The position numbers and the translations under genes were made by a program. The notes under the pieces were generated by a model. The model saw nothing but the letters and a program-made list of their open reading frames with translations, was not told the DNA's origin and made no database searches. From Mustelus asterias (Eukaryota), in NCBI RefSeq assembly GCF_964213995.1, contig NC_135823.1, forward strand, positions 1,116,001 through 1,180,000: a stretch of DNA of 64,000 bases. Reading direction: 5' to 3'. This document shows positions 48,461 to 59,916 of the stretch, one piece after another; within the stretch, counting starts at the first letter, position 1; each line of letters begins with the position of its first letter.

Positions 48461-51400
48461 TCCCACATTACCAGAAGATTTCCTGTAAGTGAACCATCAC
48501 AACATGACTCCAAAATGCTTAAAGGATATAAGTGGCAGGTGGGCAGAAGCTGTGTCAATGAATTACGTTTCAGTATCATCTTCAAGAGCGAGAGAGTCTG
48601 ACGGATTGAAGGATAGAATTCCAGAGCTGAGGTCAGAGTCAGCTGATTACATAGCGGGCAATGTTGGCGTGATGGAAACTGATGGATATGAAAGAGACTA
48701 GAATCGATCCCAATCTAATTTCCGGAGTAGTTAGGGCACACTGGATTGCTTTTCTGAATTTCGTTCCTGAGCCGTCGGCAGATAATCCACGCATCTACAT
48801 TCGTGCAATACCGATGGAGCACTGCACTGTCATGATGTCGTTCGGACGGGGCATTGAGATTGGGCCCCGCCTGCCACTCTGGTGGAAAATTAAGTGCAAA
48901 ATGACCCTATATCAAAAGAGAGCAAGGACAGGATTCTGGACTAATATTTACTTGTTGTCAAGGAAGAGGCGATGGCCTCATGCTATTACTGCTAGAGTAT
49001 TAATCCAGAAATATAATTATTGTTCTCGGGAGAAGTTTCAATTCCTGCCACGGCAGATATTTGCTGTGGAGTGGCGGAGGCTGAGGGGAGTCCTCATTGA
49101 AGCCGATAAAATTATGAGAGGCATAGATAGGGTCGACAACCAGAATCTTTTCCCAGAGTTGAAACGGCACGTCCTTGGGATGAGTATTTAAGGTGAGAGG
49201 GGAAATTGCAAAGAGGCTGTGAGCAGCAGGTTTTTTGCACAGAGAGTGACAGGTTTCTAGAAAGCGCTGACTGCGTTGGTGGTGCAGAGAGATAGTTCAT
49301 CGGGTCATTTCAGAGGCTTTGAGATCGGCACATGAATATGCAAGGTACAGCGGGATATGGAAGAAGGACAGGCAGAAGGGATACGTTTAATTTGACGTCG
49401 TGGTGCACTGTTCCCTGTTCTAATACGGTCTAATTGAAAAAAGAATCTGAAATTCAGGATCTACTGATTATTGTCGATTGTTGGAAAACCCACATGATTC
49501 AATACTGCCCTTTGGGGAAGGATTCTGCCGCCCTGACCTGGTTGGCCTACATTTGACTCCAGAGCCAGAGCAATGTCGTTGCCTCTCAACTGCCCCCCAA
49601 GGGCAAATAGGGATGAGCAATAAATGCCGTCCAGCTAACGATGGTCATGGCCCACGAATGAACAAAAATAATCATAACAGAAAATTTGCCTTCGAGTCAT
49701 TATCAAATTTCTGTTCTCGGGATTTAATTTTGGGCACGTCTAATACCGAGTACAAAAGAAGAAACGTCACTGCAGTTCCAAATATGCTTTACTCACTGGA
49801 AAGAACCATGAAACATTCTGTGGTCGTGGTTGTTGCTATATTAAGCGTGACTTATATCATCTTACTGAAACATTGACAAACATGTCCTGTTGCAGACCAC
49901 ACAAAGTAAAGAGACAGCACTAACAGCTTACATATCAGCCCTTCAATATCACGGATCTGCACAACTTTCAATTCCTATTCATATATCACAACTGCATAAG
50001 ATGCAAAGCACAGAAGGGGATCATTCGGCCCATTGGCTCGGTGCTTTAGTTAATATTCCATACATGCCTCATCATAATGCCTTTTCCTACCACCCCATCA
50101 ACACATCATAGATAGATAGAGAGATAGATAGATAGATAGATACATAGACAGATAGGTAGATGGATAGATACCCTACAGTGCAGAAAGAGGCCATTTGGCC
50201 CATCGAGTCTGCACCGACCACAATCCCACCCAGGTCCTATCCCCATATCCCTTAATATTTACCCAATAATCCCTCTAACCTACACAAGTCAGGACACTAA
50301 GCGGCAATTTTTGCATGGCCAATCAACCTAACCCGCTGATCCATGGACTGTGGGAGGAAACCGGAGCACGCGGAGGAACCCCACGTCGACACGAGGAGAT
50401 TGTGCAAACGCTACACAGACAGTGATCCAAGTCGGGAATCGAACCCAGGTCCCTGGAGCTGTGAAGCAGCAGTGCTAACCATTGTGCTACCATGCCGCCC
50501 ATCCTTTTATTTATTTTTCTCCCTGATGCCTCTCTTCTACATTCCCATTAAATTCATTTGTGACGTTCATCTCAGCCATTCCCTATTCTGCTGTGTTCAC
50601 ATTCTTCCACCTTTTTTCCGTCGGCTAAAATGATAGAAAATTCAGAAACCACGTACCAAACGCCTCTAAAACAGCATCTTCCCTGCTTGCCTGACAACAC
50701 TGTTTTGGATCGACCTAACATCTATTAAGCTGATCTTTATCTGCACCCAAGCTATGCCTGTAAATCTATATTCCGCACCCTCTCCTTTCCTTCTCCCCCA
50801 TGTACTCTATGAACGGTTAGTTTTGTCCGCATAACGTGCAAGAAACAGTGCTTTTCACAGCATACCAATACACTTGACAATAATGAATCAAATGAAAACA
50901 TTGAACATAGGTCATAGAATCCCTGCAGTGCAGAAAGAGGCAATTAGGCACATCGAGTCCGCACCAATCACAATCCCACTCAGGCCCTATCCCCGTAACC
51001 CCATGTATTTACCCTAGCAAGTCTGCCTGCCACTCGGGGCAATTTCACATGGCCAATCCACCTAACCCACACATCTTTGGACTGTGGGTGGGAAGCAGTG
51101 CACCCAGAGGAAAACCACGCAGAGACGGGGAGAACGTGCAAACTCAACACAGACAGTGACTCAAACCAGGAATCGAACCCAGGCCCCTGCAGCTGTGAGA
51201 CAGCACTGCTAACCAATCTGCCACCGTGCCACCCCCACCGTGCCACCCCCAATATATGTGACAAAATTAAATCAAGTGTATGAACTCTACGAACCGTATT
51301 TATTTTTCTTTATAGGCAAAGGAAACAATAATTTTCACTGTTTCCTAATACATGTGACAAAAATAAATCAAATAAATTCAAATCAAATCAAATCATATTC

Positions 51401-51773
51401 TCCCCAATCTCCTGAATTCACCTTTGCATTTTTTGGTCGCTACTTTAAACAGGGTAAGGCCAATTCATGTGAAATCGTACATGTGTCGTTTCAACAATTT
51501 CATATTTGTAACCTCTATTTCCTGTCAAGCCTCAAGCTTCAATTCTTTAAGAGAAAAGGGTTTCAGCCTATTTAATGTTCACTGATCTTTAGGAGCTATC
51601 AGTTCTGCTGTACCACTTTTGCAGTATTTAGAGTAACGTTCCTGTTGTCTCTTTTTACTTACCAGATTTTGAAGAACCGTGCTTTGTTCTCCAAGTCTGG
51701 CCTGACTGCTCTGAGTAGAAATCTGTGGTATTTTGAAAAACATGCTGAGTGTGTACCAGCACTCTGACATTCA

Positions 51774-51785
51774 GTAAACAGGAAA
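51774..51785 (+). promoter_or_regulatory. GTAAACAGGAAA motif, gene C promoter
   Basis: 180 nt before the ATG; the 51650-52030 block aligns with 500-890. Confidence 0.5.
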
Positions 51786-51953
51786 ACAGCAGAAAGCTCT
51801 CTGCCTCGGTTCCATTTTTCAACCGCAATCGTGTATTTATTGATAAACACAGCGCAGAAATTTCACACCTCCCTCACACAGAGGGAACAAGAGCGAGTTT
51901 TCATGTGAGATTCGCATCGGGGGCACAGAGTCTCACCATCTGGGTCAAGGACA

Positions 51954-51996
51954 ATGAGTTTGCTCGGTGTCTATGCATCGTGCCATCTCTTCCAAG
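51954..51996 (+). CDS. Gene C leader MSLLGVYASCHLFQ
   Basis: Intact ATG, G|gtgag donor, colinear with the gene A leader. Confidence 0.7.
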
Positions 51997-52998
51997 GTGA
52001 GAGATCCTCATACATTCAGATAGAGTGGAGAAGAATTTACATTGGCTAGTAGCAATGAACAGTTTCCAATGCCAGGTTGGTCGGTAACCACAGAAAAACA
52101 GGTGGAAGATGATCGGTAATTCTCAGTAGTGAGATATCGAACGCGTTTTTTTTAATGCAGCGAGTTCGTGTGATCTTGACGGTGCTGCCTGAAAGAGCGG
52201 TGGAAGCAGGTTCAATAGTAACTTTCAAAAAGGGGGAGTTGGAGAAATGCGACAAGGGGCCAGCATTAGCTGTGATATTAGTGGGAAAAAGGAGGATGAG
52301 TGGCCAATTGGATAAGTCTTTCAAAGCTCCAACACTGATACGAAGGCCCGAATGCTCTACGTCCCGGCGGTGCAGAGCTGTGAGATGAAACACAGCATGC
52401 AAGCTTCACTTAACAACAAATGTTTTAAAGCGTATTTATTTGTGTCACAAGTAGGCTGCCATTAACTCCGCAACGCAGCGGAAAATGTAATGTATGTAAC
52501 AATGAACTGAATGGAAATTAATGCGATTTGTCATATCATTGTCATAAAATATGTGAGTTTCTTTCATTTACACCATTGGCCACTGGGGGAGCGGGGTGGG
52601 TGCTGTCGTGTTTCAACTGAAATTAGAAAGACTTGAAGAAGAGTCAAGAGCCCAAAGTCAGCAGGGAAAAGTTGAAACAAACGTTGAATGAGAGAAAATA
52701 ACATTAAATTCTGAAGAATTTCCTTCAATTTATTTAACCCTCTCAGTTCCCAGTTGTCCACTCCAATGCATACACTAGATTTCCTGATCAATAGACTCAG
52801 ATTGGACACTGAAGAAAACAACACAATCAACACAGAAATCAGCGCGATTTGAAGTGTTCCTGAGCTGGACACCTCGTTTTTTGTCGTTGTTTCTAGATTT
52901 GTTTTGCCCCTATATCGGCATTTGTTTGCTGGGGGCTGTTTTCAGGTAGTGCAGGACAACTTGTGGTGACTCTTGTTCTTTCTCTCTCTCCTGCTCAG

Positions 52999-54285
52999 TC
53001 ATAGTGTCTCATACTGCCTGGTCCCAATCTCCACCGGTACAGACAATCAAATCCAATTCAACTTTGACCTATCACAGAGCTCTCGTCGGTGAGAGTTCAG
53101 TTTGCCCTCTTTTTAGGTCAAACCAAATAAACAAACTCAGATTAAGTCACGACAAAGTAAAAGGGGCAGCTCCGCAAAAAGGAGGGGGAAAAGCCCGAAC
53201 AGAAATCAAAGTACACAGGAAACTTAAAACATCAAATTAAAATGTGATTATTAGGGTCGATAACGCACCCCAACCCCTGCGGTGTGCAGCGGGCGCGGAA
53301 GGCGTCAACCGCGCCCGTGGACACCGCATGCTCCCTCTCCAGGGACACTTGGCCGCGAACGTAGCCGCGGGAGAGGGGAAGACAGTCAGGGTGGACGGCC
53401 CCCTCGATCGCCCGCTGCCTGGACCGGCAAATGGCGCGTTTCGCCAGGCCCAGGAGCAGGTTCACGAGGAGGTCGCCATCCCGCCCCCCTCCTGTCCGCA
53501 CCGGGTGTCCGGAGATCAGGAGCGTGGGACTGAAGTGCAAACAAAACATCAATAAAAGGTTCTTTAGGAAAACATAAAGGGAGTGCAGCCTGAGACACAA
53601 ACCATAGACACGGTCCACGGACTCCACAAGGCCGCAGAAAGGGCAGTCTTCGGAGCCGTGAACCAGTGAATCCTCCGGTTGTGCGGCACTGCTGCATGCA
53701 TCACCCTCCACCCCAGGTCCCCGACGTAATTGGGGGAGATCCCTCCGTAGAGGGACCTCCAGCGGGGACCTCCGCCCCCCGGCGGCAACAAGGCCCGCCA
53801 AGGTGTATCCGGGCGACAGGCGAGGAGGCGGTAGTGGAAGGTGTGCAGCAGCAGCCCGCACAGGAAAAACCTCCACGCGGTAGAAAAAGGCACGGATAAC
53901 ATTTCCGCGAGGCGGCTCAGGCTCTGGGGCACCTCACCCGAGGAGGGGGGTTGAGGTTTTGGGCCAATGTGGAATTCCGTCCGAACAGGGGAACGCTCGG
54001 GTGCCGCCTCGAGTTTACGTGCAGTTTCGGGGCCGAGCACGACCGTCCTAAGGTCTAGGAAGGCTTTGGCCGCGTGCTGGACGGTCGTCCCCGTGCGCTC
54101 AGCCAGCACGCGGGGACTCAGAGAGTTCAGTTTGCTGAAAAGGTAATCTTCTCTCTACCAGATAGCTGTTCATGTTCAGCCACTGAGACAGTTATTTCTG
54201 GCACAAATGGATGTAGAGATATCGGGAAAACGCCGGAAGGTAACGTTTATGTTGAAAATTAGCCATCGTGTTATATAATACCGGA
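52999..54285 (+). pseudogene. Gene C degenerate V exon interrupted by a LINE
   Basis: 5' part VIVSHTAWSQSPPVQT matches gene A; after the insert, EISGK..FMLKISH..NTG matches gene A EISEK..TLIIAD..DSG; stops and frameshifts; truncated before YYC. Confidence 0.75.
53106..54120 (-). mobile_element. Tx1/L1-clade LINE 3' fragment with 15-bp TSD (GAGAGTTCAGTTTGC)
   Basis: WRSLY..GDLGWRVMH..CPFCG zinc-knuckle region; identical 15-mers at 53091-53105 and 54121-54135. Confidence 0.85.
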
Positions 54286-54361
54286 GCAGCCTCGAATAGT
54301 GGACTGGCTTCTCCCTGCTCCTATTGCCTGTGTCCATGTGACTGGCTCCACCGTGTTGATA

Positions 54362-54830
54362 TGGTTTGATTTATTATTTTCACATGTAATGGGATACAGT
54401 GAAAAGTTTTGATCCATGCACGTTACAAAGACATGCATACCATTGATCGAGTACATGGATTTGATTTATTATTGCCATATGTATTTGGGATTGCGCTGTC
54501 CAGAAAAAGCATAACGCTCATAGAGTACATAGATTTGATCTATTGTTGTCATATGTTTCCAGATATAGTGAAAAGCATTGTTTCATGCGTGCGATACAAA
54601 AAAAAGCACACTATCATAGGGTACATAGATTTGATTTAATTTTATTTTATTGCTGCCACATTTATTGGCATACATTGGAAAGTATATTTTCTTGCGTTGT
54701 ACAGACAAAACATACCGTTCACAGAGTACTTAGATTTGATTTATTACTCTCACATATATTGGGATAGAGTGAGATGTATTGTTTCTTGCACGCTACACAG
54801 GCAAAACATACCATTTATATAGTACATGTG
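54362..54830 (-). repeat. Tandem repeat (~95 bp x5) of a Rex1-like LINE tail
   Basis: GATTTGATTTATTATTGTCACATGTATTGGGATACAGTGAAAAG... repeated. Confidence 0.7.
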
Positions 54831-56079
54831 GGAGAAAGAAAGGAACGGGTGCAGCATGTAATACTACATGCGTAAATGGAAGATTACGAGACAGTGTAAG
54901 AGAGTTAGAATTAAGTTTTAAAAGAATAGCACGAAAGTCAATGACAGAATTGGTGGGTATGCTTGGGACAGCTCGCAAGAAACAGCCATGCTCCGGCGCC
55001 ATTTTGAATATGGTTGGGAGTCAGTAGCCCATGTCGCCGTGGGTTGAAATGAAATGTGTGATGACATTTCTATCGTATAACTTTATCACATCATGCCTAC
55101 ATGTAATGATTTATCCGACCTATCGTCTCCCTACTTCGAACTATTACAGTTAAACAAAGCGGCACATGCTATCTGATGGATCTGTCCACCTGCTTAACTT
55201 AGCGTTATTCATTATCTCCCTCCCTCTGTTAATCGGTTCATTTTGTTTCTGTATAATAATCCGCTATCTCAGTCAGCTAGCCAACTCTCTGCATCTCACT
55301 CCCTCTCTTTTTCTCTTTTCTCTCCATTTCCCTATTCTCTCTGTGTGGCCCAGTCTCCCCCATCCACCCGACCCCTCCGCCCCCACCCCCCCCCCCCCCA
55401 CACACACACACCCAAACTACCCCAACCCCGGCCCCTCTTTTCTTCTTTATTCATTCCTGGGACGTGGGCGTCGCTGGCTGACCAGCATTTATTGCCTATC
55501 CCTAGTTGACATAGGGCAGTTATGTGTCAACCACGTTCTCTCTTATCTCTCTGTCGCCAGCTATTGATTTCTCTCTCAGTCTTTGTCTATAATATCTGTA
55601 ATATTCTCACTCTTGCCTGATTTGTCCAATTAAACAATGCTCCATTTAAATAGCCACCTGTCTGTCTCAATGGAGTCCTACGTCGTCGACTCTCTTTTTA
55701 TATATTTGTCCTTATCTTGCTCCTTCTCGCTGTTCCCTTGTGTATATCCAAGTGTAACAATTCTGTAAGATCTATCTGCTCTATCACTCTCTTTAATCTC
55801 GGGATTACTCCTGTCAAATTTACCTATCATTTTCTTTCTCTCTCACTGAACGATGACCTTTCGAATGTTGCTCTCTCTCACTCACTCACTCTCGTTCTCT
55901 CTCCCCTGTGTCCTGTTGAAAACATGTTCGGCAACGTCTCTGCTCTATTACATGACGGCACAATATACAAAACCAATTAATATTTTCGGGGAAACGGACA
56001 GGCAGTTTTGATCAAATTGTTCACTTCTTTATGTTTTCCACAATTCTAATTGGAGGTGAAAGTTATTTTTCTTTTTCAG

Positions 56080-56199
56080 ATATTCCGGTAACCACGTCGT
56101 GCATTGTCTCGCTTTCAGGGGGCTTGTTGGCCGCAGCGCTGCTCCTTCTGGGATTGGTCTTTGTGGCTGGGAGATGGAGCTGCAGGAATCGGCAGAGAA
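56080..56199 (+). CDS. Gene C stalk+TM exon DIPVTTSCIVSLSGGLLAAALLLLGLVFVAGRWSCRNRQR
   Basis: Open, 120 nt, homologous to 6265-6384. Confidence 0.75.
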
Positions 56200-56329
56200 G
56201 TAGCGATTGTTCAGAGACACTCTCACCCCGCGGCATCCACAATCCACACATTTATCACTGAATTATTGACACTATGGACGAAATGTGTGAAATGTGGCCA
56301 TTTAGCCCAACTTTTTTCTTCGTAAACAG

Positions 56330-56388
56330 GCAATGCAAGACGTGATGAGGCCCTGACAGCTTCCAGATCATACCTACAGAATGAAGAG
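56330..56388 (+). CDS. Gene C cytoplasmic exon SNARRDEALTASRSYLQNEE
   Basis: aacag acceptor, GAG|gtacgt donor, 59 nt. Confidence 0.7.
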
Positions 56389-57142
56389 GTACGTTGTATT
56401 TTCCATTTTGCGTGGTTATTTTTCCATTATTTTTTAGCCAAGGTTCAAAATTCCTAATGAGCACAAGGCTGCGGAAAAAAAAAACAACTCTGCAGCTCTC
56501 GCAGCATCTGTGGAGACTGCAATCATTGGCCGCATTCTGCAGCCCATCCCGCTGGCGGGATTTTCTGGTCCCGTCGTAAGGAACGCACCCCTGCCCATTC
56601 CCCCTACCTCCACAACAACGGCCTGCGGCCTGTTATTGAACTTTGTGTCAACCTGGTTTCCCGTCATTTACACCACTCCGCCGCCGGGGAACTCGCGGAC
56701 GTTTTTTTGACGTCGGTGGCACTGGAGGATGCAGCCGTGGCTGGGTGCGGGTGGGGGGGCGGGGCGGGGGGCGGGCGGTGCGGGGGAAGGGGGAGCGGGG
56801 GGGGGGGGGGAGGCTGCAGGGGACCGCCGGGGATGTCCCGCCAAGGAAGCAGAATATTATCTTGGGAGCCACTGCTTTCATTTAGGAAGGCGATTTTTCA
56901 CACAATGGGAGTCAAATTTTGGAACTCTGTTCCCGGGAAAAAAAAAAGCTGTTCAGGGCAGTTAACAGTTGGAATCTGCAAAACTGAGATGGATAGATTT
57001 ATATTCGAGAGAACATTAAGGAATATTCAAAAACGGTGAGTGCATGTAAGCTAAAATGCATGTCAGCCTTCATCGAGTTGAATAGAGTGGAGGGACTCAA
57101 TGGCCTCACCTATCCCTATAATGATGGTGTGGAGTATATTGA

Positions 57143-57363
57143 TGTGGAGATGCCGGCGTTGGACTGGGGTAAACACAGTAAGAAGTTTAACAACACCAGG
57201 TTAAAGTCCAACAGGTTTATTTGGTAGCAAAAGCCACACAAGCTTTCGAGGCTCTGAGCCCCTTCTTCAGGTGAAGAAGGGGCTCAGAGCCTCGAAAGCT
57301 TGTGTGGCTTTTGATACCAAATAAACCTGTTGGACTTTAACCTGGTGTTGTTAAACTTCTTAC
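57143..57363. mobile_element. Penelope-like element terminal inverted repeat (96-bp-arm hairpin) with 15-bp TSD
   Basis: Palindrome 57174-57367 with one mismatch; TGTGGAGTATATTGA at 57128-57142 and 57364-57378; related fragments at ~7595-7720 and ~39738-39828. Confidence 0.65.
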
Positions 57364-57399
57364 TGTGGAGTATATTGACAGATCACTTTTCATCCATAG

Positions 57400-57444
57400 T
57401 CTGTTTATGCTCGCCTGGCCTTCAATGAGGATCCAACACGTTAA
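57400..57444 (+). CDS. Gene C terminal coding exon SVYARLAFNEDPTR* (canonical ITIM SxYxxL)
   Basis: catag acceptor; colinear with 9310-9354. Confidence 0.75.
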   Translation, partial: SVYARLAFNEDPTR

Positions 57445-57738
57445 CTCGAGAGGAAAGAGAGTGAACGAGAAAGAGACAACTGTGTGTTTCCTCTATATCT
57501 CGTGTTGTAGAAACATTCCTTTTGTTGCTCGGTAAATTTTGAAGGTCCAACTGGAGGAAATTCGTGCGGATTGGCCGCTCAATGCTCTGATGGCACCCAA
57601 AGCGGAAAATGCACTCACCCGTAATGTCCGAAATTCTACAATGGAATATCGCCTGCAGCGCAATTTCACCTCTTCGTGCTTCTAATTCCTTTTATCTTTT
57701 TTTACAATTCTATTCTGCATGGTCTACGGTAAATATGC

Positions 57739-57744
57739 AATAAA
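57739..57744 (+). terminator. Candidate polyadenylation signal AATAAA of gene C
   Basis: First AATAAA seen ~295 nt after the stop codon, within a 3'UTR conserved with gene A. Confidence 0.4.
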
Positions 57745-58344
57745 GAATTCAAAATGTATCTGTATACTAGTTACCAATTTGTTGAAACAGGTTTTGAATA
57801 CCAACGTAAGCTGCATGATCCCAGATTCAATATGGGTTCAGCCCAAATGCGTTTCCGGTGGCTCTTCAGCTAATTAACAAAGGCATTTTTGGAGTGAATG
57901 TGTGTGCGTTTGGAAATGGTTAAAGAAGTGACGAGGTAGTTTAGTATTTCGTTGGGGATTCTCGCTGGATTGATTAAAAATGCAGAGTGAGAGCATTCTT
58001 GAACCCGATGTGCAGTGGTAATGAACAGAATTACATTTATTGCTGAGACAAAATTATTTCCAATCCATGTTCGCTTTGGTTAACATCGCTCAGTGGATTT
58101 TACAGAATCGGACCAGAGAACCTTACCCATGTACCGCACAGGACGAGCCTGCCTCTTATCTGTTGGCTGTTTGAATCTGTATGTTTGTTCCACATCCTAC
58201 CTATCACAGCATGAAAATTAGGCATATTCCTCTTTTAACAGCGATTAAAATTATCAGCGATTAAAATTACTTTTCTTTCCCCCTGCACATGCCAACAGCA
58301 GGAGACCTTTCAGCACTTTGGTGAGTTAATTTCCGCCAAGCTGG

Positions 58345-59010
58345 ATCTCTAAAGGTTGCCACTCAAGTGGATAGAGCTGTGAAGAAGGCCCATAGTGTGT
58401 TAGCTTTTATTTACAGGGGGTTGGAGTTTAAGATCTGTGGGGTTATGCTGCAACTGTACAGGACCTTGGTGAGACCACATTTGGAATATTGTGTGCAGTT
58501 CTGGTCACCTCACTATAAGAAGGATGTGGATGCGCTGGAAAGACTGCAGAGGAGATTTACCAGGATGCTGCCTGGTTTGGAGGGTAGGTCTTATGAGGAA
58601 AGGTTGAGGGAGCTGGGGCTGTTCTCTCTGGAGCAGAGGAGGCTGAGGGGAGACTTAATAGAGGTTTATAAAATGATGAAGGGGATAGATAGAGTGAACG
58701 TTCGAAGACTATTTACTCGGGTGGATGGAGCTATTACAAGGGGGCATAACTATAGGGTCCATGGTGGGAGATACAGGAAGGATATCAGAGGTAGGTTCTT
58801 TATGCAGAGAGTGGTTGGGGTGTAGAATGGACTGCCTGCAGTGATAGTGGAGTCTGACACTTTCGGAACATTTAAGCGGTTATTGTTAGGCACATGGAGC
58901 GCACCGGGATGATAGCGAGGGGGATACCTTGATCTTGGTTTCAGATAAAGCTCAGCACAACATCGTGGGCCGAAGGGCCTGTTCTGTGCTGTACTGTTCA
59001 ATGTTCTAAG
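58345..59010 (+). mobile_element. CR1 3' fragment
   Basis: ORF 58367-58825 with LVRPHLEYCVQFWSP. Confidence 0.85.
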
Positions 59011-59916
59011 TTACATATAGTATCTTAACTCCATTCACGCAGCTTGCATGCATAGTTCTATCCAGTTACCAAAAGACAATCGAAAATCTCTGTTTTGACA
59101 GTTTCATTTTAGCCACGGTCTCAGCAGTTATTTGAAGTTAAGAGTTACAGATCCCCCTTTCCTTTGTTTGAAGAATTGTGAACATGTCACATCCAAATGC
59201 ACAGACTCCGTTATCTGGCAATACCATATCCAACCCTCCGGCCGCCACCCCCCACTACACCCACCCAAATTGTTTTTGACTTAGCCCACTGCGACGATAC
59301 CGTGCCTTTAACAAATGTATTTTAATCATGTTGATCTGCAGGATGTCTCTAGCAGTCCCTGGCATCTAATGGGAACTTTTGTCTACAAACGCCATCCTCC
59401 ATTGTGACTGAGACATCACAATTGATAATATGACTGTTTCAATCTGAACTAATGCAGCGATCTGTTTTTTGAGTGTTCCTTTGGGATTGCAGAGCAGATC
59501 TTTTCGGTATGATTGACAGATCAAGTCATATGGCTGTGGATAACGAATCTTTCACAGAGAATTCCAACTTCGTTGCTGTTTCCAGATGTTTTTTGGATTT
59601 GAGATAGAGCAGTGTCAGTTTTCACCCCTCTCTGGAGTTGTAGATACTGCTTTCTGAGTGTTGGTTTTTGGAAGCTGCAGAGAGAGAGAAAGAGAGATAG
59701 GCATCCTGTTCTGTCCCTCAGATATGAAACCTCGAAGCCGCCAGAGACTAGATTTATTTCACTGTTTTGCTGTCTTGGGCATATATACTTCTCTGAAAAC
59801 GGCTGTTTGGATTCATTTCGATTGATGTTGAAGTTTGGAAATCTAGTATCGCGGGAGGAAACGTGTTTTTGTGTTAACTAATTCTGAGGAAGGTTGCATG
59901 CTGAAGGTTGCATGCT

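Larger units (their letters stand above)
51954..57444 (+). pseudogene. Gene C: A-type ITIM paralog with destroyed V exon and missing C1 exon
   Basis: Leader 51954-51996, split V 52999-53105/54136-54285, TM 56080-56199, tail 56330-56388 and 57400-57444. Confidence 0.8.
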
